Position numbers and translations under genes: made by a program. Below are positions 43,129 through 53,017 of a DNA stretch of 64,000 nt, in pieces. Source of the DNA: a virus (taxonomy: Duplodnaviria; Caudoviricetes); the IMG/VR virus record IMGVR_UViG_2858943916_000002, positions 26,186-90,185 of that record; one strand, 5' to 3'. The notes beneath the pieces are model-generated. The model was not told where the DNA came from. It made no database searches and worked only from the letters and a program-made list of their open reading frames with translations. Within the stretch, counting starts at the first letter, position 1. Each line of letters opens with the position of its first letter.

Positions 43129-43934
43129 GGGTCAAATCCCGGGATGATGCTGATGGCCACGCAGCGGCAGTTCGGCAGCTCGCCGGGGCGGATGTATTCG
43201 CCGTCGATGAGCATGCCCTTGTCCACGTCGTAGACATTGCCGTCGGCTTCCTGGTGCGACTTGCGCGGGTGCTTGCCGCCGCGCGAGTGCCGCCACTTAG
43301 CCTGTTTGATGCCCAAGCTCTGCTGGCGCACGCGCGTGATGGTGGCCGTGGCCTTGTTGCTCTGGTCGCGCGCGATGAACGCCGCGCGCCGCTTGGTGAT
43401 GCCGTACCGCTTCTGAAGGTCCTCGACCAGCCCTTCTAGGTCGCGGCCTTGGGTCACCGACCGCATGACCAGCCCCTGGACGTCCTGCAGATGCTCGGCG
43501 GCGATAGACTTGATCAGCCCGACGTTCTCCTGCACGGTGGCCTGGAACACATCGTTGGCCGCCCGGGTCAGCTGGAACTGCACGCTGAACCCCTTCTGCC
43601 GCAGAGCATTGCGCAGCGAGACGTCCGCCGCGCTCATCGAGGTCTCGGCGAACTCGCTGGCCACCGGCTGGGCCGCCTCGTCGAAGCGCCGCTGCCACTG
43701 CTTGGCCAAGCGCCGCATCATCTTGGTCAGCGCCATGGCAGGGCTTTCGTCCTGCGCGATCTCCGGCACATTGCGCCGGTACGCCGCCGTCAGCCAGTAC
43801 ACCAGGGACCGCTGCATCTCATCGATGAGGCGGTCCAGGCGCTTGCGGTACGCCGTCTCGATCCCCACGTTGGCATGCACGGGGCGCAGCGGCACCTCGC
43901 GGCCGGTAGGTGAAACGAGGTCAGGCATTGGCAT
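43125..43934 (-). CDS. Minor head / head morphogenesis protein (SPP1 gp7, Mu gpF-like)
   Basis: RA.FIARDQ..K, W.HS......R..H...DG, PG...NCRC. Confidence 0.88.
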   Translation of the reverse strand: MPMPDLVSPTGREVPLRPVHANVGIETAYRKRLDRLIDEMQRSLVYWLTAAYRRNVPEIAQDESPAMALTKMMRRLAKQWQRRFDEAAQPVASEFAETSMSAADVSLRNALRQKGFSVQFQLTRAANDVFQATVQENVGLIKSIAAEHLQDVQGLVMRSVTQGRDLEGLVEDLQKRYGITKRRAAFIARDQSNKATATITRVRQQSLGIKQAKWRHSRGGKHPRKSHQEADGNVYDVDKGMLIDGEYIRPGELPNCRCVAISIIPGFDP

Positions 43935-45474
43935 CTTCCTGCGATTCGCCGTCCAGCGGCGGCGGCGGCGCACCGGGCACCGAGTCAGGCAGCCCGTCTG
44001 CGTCGTCGTCGGTCAGGTCCAGCGAGTGGTACCCGTTCGTCTCGTCTGCGGCCACGCGCTCGCGCACTTCCTGCGGGCTGACCGAGCCGAGCTCGACCAG
44101 CACCGCGTCGGTGTCGGCGTCCAGCTTGCGAACCTCGGCCAGTTCCTTCTGGCTCAACTGCCACAAAGGCACGAAGCTGAAGGTGATGTCAGGGTCGATC
44201 TCGCCGAACTCGCTCAGCTGGATCACCTCCAGACACTGCTGCAGCGGGTCTCGGAACACCGCTTCCTGGGCCGACAGCATTTCGTCGTAGAAAACCCGGA
44301 TTTCGCCCTCGGCCGTGGCGTTCAGACCGCTCGGGGTGATGCCGGTGTACTTCACCAGCGGGATGCCAGGGACCACGCACAGCTGTTCCAGCGACTGGTT
44401 CTGCAGCGCGTCCAGGCCTGAAAGGGGCACGTTCTCGAACCTGAAGTCCTCTTCCGTCTTGTCGATTGCCCAGGCGCCGCGATTCGTCCGCATGCGGTTG
44501 AACACGTCGACACGTCTGAACACGTCATCGCCGGAATCGCCGCTTAGGATGGATGCCATATTCGTCAGGAACAGCGGCACCGAGAACCCGTCGATCAGGT
44601 TGGCCACCGCCTGGCGCGTCTTCAGCCAGTTGTCGACGTATGGGATCGTCAACTGGGTAAGGGACATCCCGCCGAAGTTGTACGACGGCTTCAGCAGGTC
44701 CGGCACCTCGCGCGACACGATGTTCAGCAGGCGGCTGCTGTGCACCTGGCGCCCCAGCACAAACCAGGACGTCGGCTTGTAGAAGTCCGGGCGCATGGGG
44801 TTGTCGCTGTTGTACAGGTACGGCGTGGTCCAGACCGGGTCAATGACCTTGAAGCCCACCAGCGAGCCCTTGGCGATCTTGGCCGGGCTCTTAACCAGGA
44901 TGGACTTCAGTTCCTCCGGCTCGGCCCATGCCAGCATGCCGCTGGGCGTCTTCACGTCGATGTAGATCTGCGACCGGCCGAACAGACCGTCCTGCAGGGC
45001 AGCCAGGCGGAACTTCGCGCGCAGGCGATGCCGGCGCATGGCCTTCTCGATGATCTCGAGCTTGTCGCCCTTGTCGTCGTCGCCCTTCACTTCCAGCTTG
45101 ATCCATTTCCGGGTCATCTCCTTGGCGATGACGTCGGACATCTTGCGGTACTCGGGGCGCTGGGAAAGCTCGGCCAGGTAGGGATAGCCGATGAAGCCCA
45201 TCCCAGCGTAGGCCTCGCTCACGTAGGCGTAGACGGGGCTCATGTCCTCGTCCATCGCCAGCATGGCGTCCTTCTTGTCATCCGGGATGACGAAAGGCGC
45301 CACAGCCGGGCGCTTGAACTCGCCCACCGGCGCGGCCACGGGCTCGGCCGGCGGCACATTGGCCAGGCCCAGGGCCTCCAGGCTGATTTTCATCCCGGGC
45401 TCGCGGCGCGCAGCCGGCTCCGCCGCGGGGGCCGTCGCCGGCGTCCTGCGGAGGATCCAGTCGAGTAGTTTCAT
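43921..45474 (-). CDS. Portal protein (DUF1073)
   Basis: F.GY..LA.L.Q..EYR, LFG, P.F..P..W, VH.SRL, P.YN..G.SL.Q, GIP.VK..G.TP.GLNA. Confidence 0.88.
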   Translation of the reverse strand: MKLLDWILRRTPATAPAAEPAARREPGMKISLEALGLANVPPAEPVAAPVGEFKRPAVAPFVIPDDKKDAMLAMDEDMSPVYAYVSEAYAGMGFIGYPYLAELSQRPEYRKMSDVIAKEMTRKWIKLEVKGDDDKGDKLEIIEKAMRRHRLRAKFRLAALQDGLFGRSQIYIDVKTPSGMLAWAEPEELKSILVKSPAKIAKGSLVGFKVIDPVWTTPYLYNSDNPMRPDFYKPTSWFVLGRQVHSSRLLNIVSREVPDLLKPSYNFGGMSLTQLTIPYVDNWLKTRQAVANLIDGFSVPLFLTNMASILSGDSGDDVFRRVDVFNRMRTNRGAWAIDKTEEDFRFENVPLSGLDALQNQSLEQLCVVPGIPLVKYTGITPSGLNATAEGEIRVFYDEMLSAQEAVFRDPLQQCLEVIQLSEFGEIDPDITFSFVPLWQLSQKELAEVRKLDADTDAVLVELGSVSPQEVRERVAADETNGYHSLDLTDDDADGLPDSVPGAPPPPLDGESQEDANA

Positions 45475-46973
45475 GCGTGCCTCAGGGCGTCAGGGTGAAT
45501 AGTCATCGGCCGCTTGGTGATCAGCTCGGCGAAGGCCCGTGAGAGCCCGTCAACCTGGTCGTCATGCTTGCCGTTCGGGAAAGACCGCAGCTCGTCGATC
45601 AGCGCCTTGTTCCAGTCGCCGCGCAGCATCAGCACGTTGCCAACGTTGACCTGGGCGGCGAACGGCTCGGCACGCACAACCTTGTCGCCGCTTTCAGGGC
45701 TGCTCACGATCCGGTAGCCGGGCATGCCTCGCGTCAGGTACAGCACCTGCGTCTTGCCGGCCTGGCCCGGGTCCTGCGGAATGCTGATGCGCACCTGTCG
45801 GCCGTCCAGCGCCGCGGTGTTCTCCAGCGCCTTGTCGCGCCGGTCGGGACCCCACTGACCGCGCACCATGTCGCCGATCACGTACTGACCGGTCGGCAGG
45901 CGCCCCAGCTTCGGGCCGGCCGTGAAGTCGCCCGCGCCGTCGGTGCTGGCGAAGTCCCAGCCGCGCACCCAGTCGATGCGGCCGACGGGCAGCGCGTCGA
46001 TGATCTGGATCTGGTCGGGCCTGAATAGGTCGCCATCCAGCGGCGTCGGCAGCTGCTGATACAGCGACGACCAGGTGCGTGAGTTGCTTTCGAACTGCGC
46101 CCAGTGCTGGCGATCGAACCATTCCGGCCAGAGGTATTCGCCCCTGGAACGCCCGAGAGGGTCGCTGTCGACCTCGCAGCGCGCCTGGATGCACAGCACC
46201 TCCCAGTCGTTGCCGTCCTTGCAGCGGATCAGGCCGCTTTCGCCCTTCCAGTCATCAGGCAGAATCCGGCCGGCCAGGTCGTCCTCGTGCCACCTGGTGG
46301 TGATCAGGACAATCCAGCCGCCCGGGATCAGGCGCGTCTTCAGGTCGTCTTCGTAGGCATCCCAGGTCTTGTTCCGGATCGTCTCCGAATTCGCCTGCTC
46401 GCGGCCCTTGATCGGGTCGTCGATGATGATGCCGTGGGCGCGGTTGCCGGTGATGCCGGACAGGATGCCGCACGCCATGTACTCGCTGCCGTTGGATAGT
46501 GCGAATTCCTGGGCGGCGTTCGAATCCGACACCAGGGCCGCGCCCCAGATGTTCCGGTACCGCGGCTGCTTGATGATCGAGCGCGTGCGGCGCCCCATCT
46601 TGCGCGCCAGGTCGTCACCGTAGCTGGCCAGGATGACGCGCCGGCCCGGGGTGGCGCCCAGGTACTTCGAGGGGAACACCACCGACGCATACGTCGACTT
46701 GGCGCTGCCAGGCGGCATGCACACGATCATCCGGCCGTGCCGGCGCTGGCTGGTCTCTTCCAACTTGGCCAGCAGCAGGCGGTGGTGCACCGCCATGGTG
46801 GTCTCGATCGGCTCGAAAAACTCGGTGTCCGGGTCTTCCTCGTCCACCGGCCGGCCGGGAACCTCGATCGCGTTGGCGTACTGGAGGATGTCAGTCCTCG
46901 ACCGCCTTCGGATCAGCAGTTCCCTGGCCGCTTCCTGTCGCGAGGGCAAGTAGCTCTTCGTCGGTGAGGTCAT
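45471..46973 (-). CDS. terL: Terminase large subunit
   Basis: MPPGSAKS, IIIDDPIK, TRWHEDDL, WD.AS, C-terminal FP.GKHDDQVD. Confidence 0.92.
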   Translation of the reverse strand: MTSPTKSYLPSRQEAARELLIRRRSRTDILQYANAIEVPGRPVDEEDPDTEFFEPIETTMAVHHRLLLAKLEETSQRRHGRMIVCMPPGSAKSTYASVVFPSKYLGATPGRRVILASYGDDLARKMGRRTRSIIKQPRYRNIWGAALVSDSNAAQEFALSNGSEYMACGILSGITGNRAHGIIIDDPIKGREQANSETIRNKTWDAYEDDLKTRLIPGGWIVLITTRWHEDDLAGRILPDDWKGESGLIRCKDGNDWEVLCIQARCEVDSDPLGRSRGEYLWPEWFDRQHWAQFESNSRTWSSLYQQLPTPLDGDLFRPDQIQIIDALPVGRIDWVRGWDFASTDGAGDFTAGPKLGRLPTGQYVIGDMVRGQWGPDRRDKALENTAALDGRQVRISIPQDPGQAGKTQVLYLTRGMPGYRIVSSPESGDKVVRAEPFAAQVNVGNVLMLRGDWNKALIDELRSFPNGKHDDQVDGLSRAFAELITKRPMTIHPDALRHA

Positions 46974-47571
46974 CGGCCTTCCGCGGCGTCGTGTTCAGGT
47001 TGATCTGCTGCGGCGTCGGCAGGATGCCGTAGGCCTCGCGCTCCAGCGGGATCAGCACCTTCAGCATGTCGGCCAGCTTCTTGGCGCCATCCAGACGCCC
47101 CGCGCTGGATATGGCGCGCCGGTAGACTTCGGCCCGCTTGTCGGCGGCCGCATCGTCCTCGCCGCGCAGGAATTCCCCCAGCTCCTGGAACAGGCCGGGG
47201 TTGTTCGTCTCGGCCTCGATCTCGCTCATCAGGGTGTCGCACAAGGTGCGCATGCGGGTCAGCGAGGTCTTGTGCGACAGCTTGACCTCGGCCACCAGCT
47301 TGGCGCCGATGGCCACTGCTTCGGTCTCGCGGTACGCAATCGTTTCATCGCGTACCTGTTTGCGTACCTCTTCCCTGCGTACCAGCTCGTCGGCCTTGGC
47401 CTGCACTTTGGCAGCCAGGTCACGGGGCCACTCGTCGCGCTTGGCGCGCTTACGGATGGCTCCCTCGGTGATGCCGTGCAGGGTGGCAAGCTCGCGCAGC
47501 GACATGACGCCCGCGCGGTAGCCCGCCTCGATGCGCTCCCAGTCGGGTGGCGCCTTCTTGGGCTGTGTCAT
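46891..47571 (-). CDS. terS: Terminase small subunit
   Basis: PDWE.IE..YRAG..SLRE.A..HGI...AI.KRAKR..W; overlaps terL. Confidence 0.8.
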   Translation of the reverse strand: MTQPKKAPPDWERIEAGYRAGVMSLRELATLHGITEGAIRKRAKRDEWPRDLAAKVQAKADELVRREEVRKQVRDETIAYRETEAVAIGAKLVAEVKLSHKTSLTRMRTLCDTLMSEIEAETNNPGLFQELGEFLRGEDDAAADKRAEVYRRAISSAGRLDGAKKLADMLKVLIPLEREAYGILPTPQQINLNTTPRKADDLTDEELLALATGSGQGTADPKAVED

Positions 47572-48046
47572 TCGGTTCTCGGTGTGGTTGCCCCCATCCG
47601 ACTACCCGCCACGGCGGGCTGGGCGCGGCGGTTCTCGTCGTGCTGGCCGCCGGCGACAAGACCGGAAAGAAGTGCCCCGCGCATTTGCCCCTGCGCGGGC
47701 GCCAGGCCAGCTGAGGCGACTCATGGGGGTGTTGTTGGAGTGGGGCCCCTCCCCCGAGCACGCGTTGCACGTGGCGCTGTCATGGCGCAGGGAGACTTCG
47801 GGCGGCGCCGGTCGGAGCCAGTGGTACGGGGCCATCCCCGTGCGCAGCGGCCGCGGCGGCGCGCTGCTGTCTGGTCGATTGCGGCGGCTGTTCCCACAGA
47901 GCAGAGGTCGGAGCATGACGTCTGCCAGTCGGTGCCCATGCGGCCCGGCGGACGGCTCTCTCTGGCCCCTGCTCTCTGGAAACAAAAGGTGCAGATGCAC
48001 CAATGTCGTCAGCTCGATCACGGTCAGACGACGACGCCCGCAATGC

Positions 48047-48077
48047 AAAAAGCCCCGGCCATTGGCTCGGGGCTTTT
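48047..48077 (-). terminator. Terminator in the late leader (tR'-like position)
   Basis: AAAAGCCCCG...CGGGGCTTTT stem just downstream of the Q-like gene. Confidence 0.65.
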
Positions 48078-48120
48078 CTTCCGGAAACGCGACATCCGCC
48101 TACGGGCATCAGTCTCGTCG

Positions 48121-48570
48121 TTAGACGGTAGTCATCACGGATTGAGGGGGATTATGCACCCGGGAGACGAACTTGGCAACATAAGACTCGAATTCGTAGA
48201 CAGCCCGGACCAGAATGTCGTCGAACTCCCGTACACGCACCCCCTGCATACGGCAGATTATGGCCGGCGGCTGTCGCAGAACGTAGTAGGAGCGCAACAG
48301 CGCCGTTTCGCGTGGCAGACCTCGGTATCCCGCCGCCGTCCGCCAGCAGGCCTCGATCAACTCTGCATCCGCCTCGTCTTTCTCCGGGCGCAGATGCTCG
48401 CTGTCTTCTCCACGCGGCAGCTTGCCGGCCTTGCGCGCCAGTTCCTGGCATACCTGATACGTGGGCGATACCGAGAATGACGGCCGATCGCGCATCACCG
48501 CGCCCCAATTTTCAAGCCGTTCGTGAAAGTCGGCCGGCAGCCGGTCCAGCAGCAGTTTGGGAATGGTCAT
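48121..48570 (-). CDS. Putative antiterminator Q-like protein
   Basis: RLENWG...R N-terminus, L...Y...P....C; last early-right gene. Confidence 0.65.
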   Translation of the reverse strand: MTIPKLLLDRLPADFHERLENWGAVMRDRPSFSVSPTYQVCQELARKAGKLPRGEDSEHLRPEKDEADAELIEACWRTAAGYRGLPRETALLRSYYVLRQPPAIICRMQGVRVREFDDILVRAVYEFESYVAKFVSRVHNPPQSVMTTV

Positions 48571-48773
48571 GGCGCGGGGCGCTCCTCGTACTTCGAACAA
48601 CGTTGGCCGATCTCTTCGCCCAGGGCGCAGCGCAGGACGCGCCGGCCGCCGAACGGGTTGGTGATCAGGCGGATTTCCTTGCAGCCCGCGCAGGTGCGCG
48701 CCGGCGGCGGTTCTTGGCGTCGCTCCAGCAGCTTGGCCGGGTCGCCGCGCTCGGATTGTGTGGCCCAGGTCAT
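48567..48773 (-). CDS. Small Cys-rich phage protein
   Basis: GDP...LER.Q....C.GC.......C....G.RC. Confidence 0.7.
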   Translation of the reverse strand: MTWATQSERGDPAKLLERRQEPPPARTCAGCKEIRLITNPFGGRRVLRCALGEEIGQRCSKYEERPAP

Positions 48774-49045
48774 GCGGCACGCTCCACGTCTCGCGCGGGC
48801 ATGGCAATTTGCGGGTCTACGTCCGCCCAGCGGTATTCGACGGAATTGCGCGCGTGCTGGATGACGCGGACGTAGCCGCCCTCACGCAGGGTTTCCAGCA
48901 GTCGCAGAATGGCCTGGCGCGCGGCGTTGCGCTCGCGGCGCGATAGGTCGCGGCCGGCGGCGGCCGCCTGCACCAGCTGCGCCATGCGGTGGGCGCGCGG
49001 CGGCTGGGATTGGAGAAGGCCCATCACCTCGGCGGCGTGTTTCAT
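48770..49045 (-). CDS. Small winged-helix-like phage protein
   Basis: MK.A.EV..L......RM..LV, ..LRLLETL...G.V. Confidence 0.7.
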   Translation of the reverse strand: MKHAAEVMGLLQSQPPRAHRMAQLVQAAAAGRDLSRRERNAARQAILRLLETLREGGYVRVIQHARNSVEYRWADVDPQIAMPARDVERAA

Positions 49046-49410
49046 GCGGAGATCTCCTGGACGGTGCCCGGGATGCGGCTGACCGCGGGAATAAGGGGGA
49101 TTTGCGACGCGGCCGCGCGCTCGGCGGCGGCGCGCAGCCAGCGGTCAGGCCGGTACTCGGGCGCGTGGAGTGCGTCGTGCGTCCGGCTCGGGGTCGGCAC
49201 GCCTTCGGCCATGCTGGCGAAGCGCTGCATGTAGCCCACGGACTCACCGCGCCCAGGCCTGGCCCAGCCGGTGATGCGGTGGATGGCGGCGACCACGTCG
49301 AAGTCGCGCACAGTCTTCTTCGGGAACTTGTAGCCCTGCCGGCGCAGCTTGCGCGCGCAGGCGTTGCGCGCTTTTCGGGCCTGGACGATCTGCTCGTTGG
49401 TTCGGCTCAT
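49042..49410 (-). CDS. Phage hypothetical protein
   Basis: Coupled ORF in the early-right operon. Confidence 0.65.
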   Translation of the reverse strand: MSRTNEQIVQARKARNACARKLRRQGYKFPKKTVRDFDVVAAIHRITGWARPGRGESVGYMQRFASMAEGVPTPSRTHDALHAPEYRPDRWLRAAAERAAASQIPLIPAVSRIPGTVQEISA

Positions 49411-50327
49411 GCTTTGCGCTCCTGCGCCACGGCGCCAAAGAGGTCGGTCTGCGGCTGCTCGACGGCCAGCGGCGTGACGACCGCCACCAGCCGCGCGCCG
49501 AATTCGTCCGGCTCGGCCCGGCGGGCGCTGATCTCGCGCACCCAGGCGTCATCCTGGAAAACCACGTCCTTCAGGCTGTCCAGCACCACCTTCTGGGCGT
49601 TGTCCAGGTCCAGGCACTGCACGGTGTCGTCCCAGGCCGCGCCTTCCTTGCGCATGCGCTTCTGCCAGTCCTGCGGCCGGTTCGGGTACAGCGTGAACTC
49701 GACCCGCACCCGGCCGGCGATCGGCTTGCGCACGCCCGCCACCAGCGCCAGCCTCTGCACCTGGGCCTTGTAGGCCTTGGCCTCGGGCGTGACGTAGGTG
49801 CTGGTGAAGGCCGGCTTGCCGCGCGGCGTGACCGTCCGGCTGGCCCAGTAGCGATTCGCGCTGATCGGGTACGGGAGGGTCAGCAGCACCGAGGGCGCGG
49901 CGCCGGGGGCCGAACTTGACGAATTGCGCAAGTTGGCAAATTCCGGCCGGGCCCAGGGATCAGCGGCCTCGATGTTAATTTTTGCCGGCTCGGCTGTAGG
50001 CGCTCCCGCGCGCGTAAAACTGGCCGGCGTAGCTCCTGCACCACCTGCGGTTTTGTAGCGCTCCTGCACCACCTGCGCACCGGCGGCAGGCCTGCACACC
50101 AGGCACCCGTCGCAGCCGCGGGCCTGGCATTGCAAGGCATTTCGGCCGCCACCACCAGGTGCGCGGATCAAGGTTTCATGCGGCGTGGCGGGGCTGTTTG
50201 CTTGCAAAACCCGCGCCGTTGCGGGCTTCTCGCTTTGAAAGTCCGGCGAATACGTGATTCGGCCCGTGCCCGCCAGCGTGCCGGCCATCGGGTCGTAGGC
50301 GTCCGTGAGGTTCTGTGAAGAGGTCAT
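49407..50327 (-). CDS. rusA: RusA Holliday junction resolvase with a long N-terminal extension
   Basis: LPYP.S.NRYW, DLDN..K...D.L...V..DD..V; ATG 50327. Confidence 0.8.
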   Translation of the reverse strand: MTSSQNLTDAYDPMAGTLAGTGRITYSPDFQSEKPATARVLQANSPATPHETLIRAPGGGGRNALQCQARGCDGCLVCRPAAGAQVVQERYKTAGGAGATPASFTRAGAPTAEPAKINIEAADPWARPEFANLRNSSSSAPGAAPSVLLTLPYPISANRYWASRTVTPRGKPAFTSTYVTPEAKAYKAQVQRLALVAGVRKPIAGRVRVEFTLYPNRPQDWQKRMRKEGAAWDDTVQCLDLDNAQKVVLDSLKDVVFQDDAWVREISARRAEPDEFGARLVAVVTPLAVEQPQTDLFGAVAQERKA

Positions 50328-50920
50328 CAGATGGATTCCTTGGCGGGGAAGTGGCGGGCCAGCTTGTCGATCACCGGCAGAATGGTCTTGGCGCGGGCGT
50401 CGTGCAGAACCTGCTGGCGATCGTCCGGGTGCATGTCGTCGTAGCCGGCCGGCAGTTCCACATCGCGCAGGCACTGCCAGCCAGGCACGCGGTAGACCGT
50501 CCAGCCGAGGGCGGCCAGCTTCCGGTCTCGGGCAGCGTCCTTGCGCGCGCCATGGAACTGCGCGCCGTCGCATTCGAGGGCCACCTTGGCGATGGGATTG
50601 CCGAAGTCGACGAAGAAGCCGGCGACAGGCAACTGCGGCCACATGGGCAGGCCGGCGCGGCGGATGTGATACCAGGCCTCCTGCTCGATCGGCGAAAAGA
50701 TCAGCACCCAGTCGCCGACGGAATACTGGTTTTCGCCATCCCAGCTTTCCAGGCCGACATCGACGCGGACCTGGAACTGCCGGTAGGCGCGGCGGATGCG
50801 CGAGAACATCTCACCCAGGTTCGCGGACCAGGTGGCCTGCTGCAGGGGGTAACGCTGCGACAAGCGCAGGTCGTCCAGGAATGCCGGCATCTCGTCGGCG
50901 ACGTGAACGGGCTCTTTCAT
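50327..50920 (-). CDS. DUF559/Vsr-like endonuclease-domain protein
   Basis: SPIE, PQ.PV..FFVDF, .ALECDG..FH....D..RD..L...GW.VYR. Confidence 0.78.
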   Translation of the reverse strand: MKEPVHVADEMPAFLDDLRLSQRYPLQQATWSANLGEMFSRIRRAYRQFQVRVDVGLESWDGENQYSVGDWVLIFSPIEQEAWYHIRRAGLPMWPQLPVAGFFVDFGNPIAKVALECDGAQFHGARKDAARDRKLAALGWTVYRVPGWQCLRDVELPAGYDDMHPDDRQQVLHDARAKTILPVIDKLARHFPAKESI

Positions 50921-51393
50921 GCGTCGATTTCCTCGGGTTGGTTTTGGTCCATCCAGGTTGTGCCCTGGCCGGCGCGTTTCGGGGTGCCCATGTGTTCCTG
51001 TGGCTGGCGGCACTCGTCGCCCAGGACGCGGAGCATGTGGACGCCCAGGTGGTAGGCGGTGACGCCGCGCACGCTGGGCACCTTCTCCAGCAGGTCGGCG
51101 CGGCCCAGGGCTTTGATGCGGTCGCGCACCTTGCGGCTGATGGTGTCGCCCTTGGGGCGATTCACCAGCCAGTAAGCAGCGGTGAACAGGGCCTTGCGGT
51201 TCTGGGCGCGCGCGCTGATGTCGTCGAATTCCGAGCGCGGCGCGCCGAAGTGCAGGCGGCAATGCCAATCCTTGCCGCCCTGGGTGCTGGAGGACATCGT
51301 GCCCGGCAAGCAGCAGCCGAAGGCAGCGCAGACGCCATAGCCCCCGCTCTCGTTGCCGCCCACGGCGGCGCTGGCTTCGGCGTAGCTGCTCAT
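50917..51393 (-). CDS. Cys/His-rich phage protein (homolog of 6370..6849)
   Basis: SYAEASAAV...GYG.C...GC.LPG...W.C.LH. Confidence 0.75.
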   Translation of the reverse strand: MSSYAEASAAVGGNESGGYGVCAAFGCCLPGTMSSSTQGGKDWHCRLHFGAPRSEFDDISARAQNRKALFTAAYWLVNRPKGDTISRKVRDRIKALGRADLLEKVPSVRGVTAYHLGVHMLRVLGDECRQPQEHMGTPKRAGQGTTWMDQNQPEEIDA

Positions 51394-52145
51394 GCCCGGG
51401 CCCCTTGCTGGTGCTGGGCGACCTTGGCCGCCGTCTCGGCCTTCAGGACGTCGAGGCGGTCACGCTCGGCCTGGCTGGCCTCTTCGGCGGCGCGCCGGCG
51501 CTTCTCGGCCGGCGTCATGGCCTTGGCCAGCATCTCGTGCAGCTTGCGGATGTTTTCGGCCGCGACCTCGTCGTCGGGCAGCCCGCCCTGAGGCGCCGGC
51601 GGCGGCAAGAGCGCGGCGACGTGCGGCGCCGGCAGCAGGCCGGCATTGCCGGCGGCGGTCAGCGCGCGCTCGCGGCGGTCGGAGTCCCAGCCAAGGGACG
51701 CCTGCCATGCCACGGGCTGGCGTTCATGCCGGGCCCGCGCCACCAGCCGGTCGTAGGCGCCCTTGAATGCCATGCGCGCGCCCACCTCGTCGCCCAGGTC
51801 CAGCACGGTGCGGCAGGCCGCGAACGCTTGGGCCGTCTCCAGCGTCCAGACGACCGTTTCCGCCTCATCGCGCGACACCAGGGCCGTGGCCCATGCTTCG
51901 TCTGCGCTGGGCCGGCTGTCGCCCGTGCCGTGGCCCAGCAGCGCCAGGATCTGCGCCGGCGTGGGCGGGTACTTGACCTCGTTGGACACGTACTGCGAGA
52001 AAGCGGCGCTTACCGCGGGGAATTCGTAGGGCTCGAGCATGCGCAGCCACAGCAGTTGCGTGGTCGGCTGCGGCGGCAGGCGGTTGTAGGCGTCGAAGAC
52101 ACCGGCCAGCAGCTCGGCGAAGGCAGAGACGTCGCGGTTGTGCAT
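51390..52145 (-). CDS. Replication accessory protein (P/helicase-loader-inhibitor-like)
   Basis: W...L..Y....V..A......PP.PA.I, P.A.EAW, ARMAF..AY.R. Confidence 0.72.
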   Translation of the reverse strand: MHNRDVSAFAELLAGVFDAYNRLPPQPTTQLLWLRMLEPYEFPAVSAAFSQYVSNEVKYPPTPAQILALLGHGTGDSRPSADEAWATALVSRDEAETVVWTLETAQAFAACRTVLDLGDEVGARMAFKGAYDRLVARARHERQPVAWQASLGWDSDRRERALTAAGNAGLLPAPHVAALLPPPAPQGGLPDDEVAAENIRKLHEMLAKAMTPAEKRRRAAEEASQAERDRLDVLKAETAAKVAQHQQGARA

Positions 52146-53017
52146 CAGGCCTGCTCCATGTCGAAGGTGCGGTTGTCCTGGCCACCGTGTCCCGCCAGGC
52201 GCAGGAACTCCTGCTTGCGTCGGTCCGCCTCGTTCAAGGGTGTTGAGCCCAGCGGGCGGCCCGGCGCGCCTTCGTTGCGGACCCATTCGGCTTTGAAGCC
52301 CTGCCACCCACGCTCGGAGGCGGTGCGCAGCGCGTCGTTCAGAGTCATCCCGGCAGCGGCGGCTTCGCGCTCCAGGCCAGCCAGCGCCGTGGCCGTGACG
52401 GGCGCCCGCTTCTTTGCGCGCAGCGCCAGGAAGTCGGTAGCCACCTGAGGGTCCACACCTCGGGCTTGCAGGTCATCGGCGTTGATGCCTGATCCGGACT
52501 TGGGCTTCGGAGTCGTGCGGCTATTGTTTTTTTCCTGCTCTTTCTCCTGCTTCTGTTCCTGTTCCTGTTCCTGGTTAAGGAAGGGTTCCGGAACGGTTTC
52601 GCAAGGGTTCCCCCATTCTTCCTGCGAAATGTCGAGCGATTCGCCCCAAACCCGCATGAAACCTAGCTTCCAGCCGCATTCATCGGGAATTGACACCGCG
52701 ATTTTCTTGGCGGCTTTTCGCTGGTTGGGGTTTTCTGGCTGGTTCCACTCCAGATGCTTCGAAATCCACACCCATTTGGTGGTTTCGCAACGGTTAGCGA
52801 AACCCTTCCGGAACAGTTCCGCGAACCCTTTCGAAACCCTTTCCGGCGTCCAGTTCAGGTCTTCCATGGCGTAGCCATCAGGAAGCCGAAACACGCCGGT
52901 GATGTTGCTGTGGGGGCTGGTCAGCAGGTACAGCGCAAGCATGCGTCCATCCTCGGACATGCTGCTCACGGTGGCGCTGGACCAGAACGAGGTATGGACC
53001 TTCCCGTAGTCGCGCAT
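52145..53017 (-). CDS. Phage replication initiator
   Basis: Y.KV...FW, R.L.LYLLT.PH.N..G.F; QEQEQE linker; C-terminal W.GF...W; internal GAAACCCTT repeats. Confidence 0.82.
   Translation of the reverse strand: MRDYGKVHTSFWSSATVSSMSEDGRMLALYLLTSPHSNITGVFRLPDGYAMEDLNWTPERVSKGFAELFRKGFANRCETTKWVWISKHLEWNQPENPNQRKAAKKIAVSIPDECGWKLGFMRVWGESLDISQEEWGNPCETVPEPFLNQEQEQEQKQEKEQEKNNSRTTPKPKSGSGINADDLQARGVDPQVATDFLALRAKKRAPVTATALAGLEREAAAAGMTLNDALRTASERGWQGFKAEWVRNEGAPGRPLGSTPLNEADRRKQEFLRLAGHGGQDNRTFDMEQA
52575..52845. repeat. Probable origin iterons in the prophage 2 initiator gene
   Basis: (C)GAA(A)CCCTT at about 52798, 52821, 52832 and inverted AAGGGTT copies near 52581 and 52604. Confidence 0.5.

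Noticed and set aside
39887-43233. 627-aa and 482-aa plus-strand ORFs over the head genes
   Set aside because: Mostly codon-aligned shadows of GC-rich genes, opposite to operon direction, with no cargo to bridge and no coupling.
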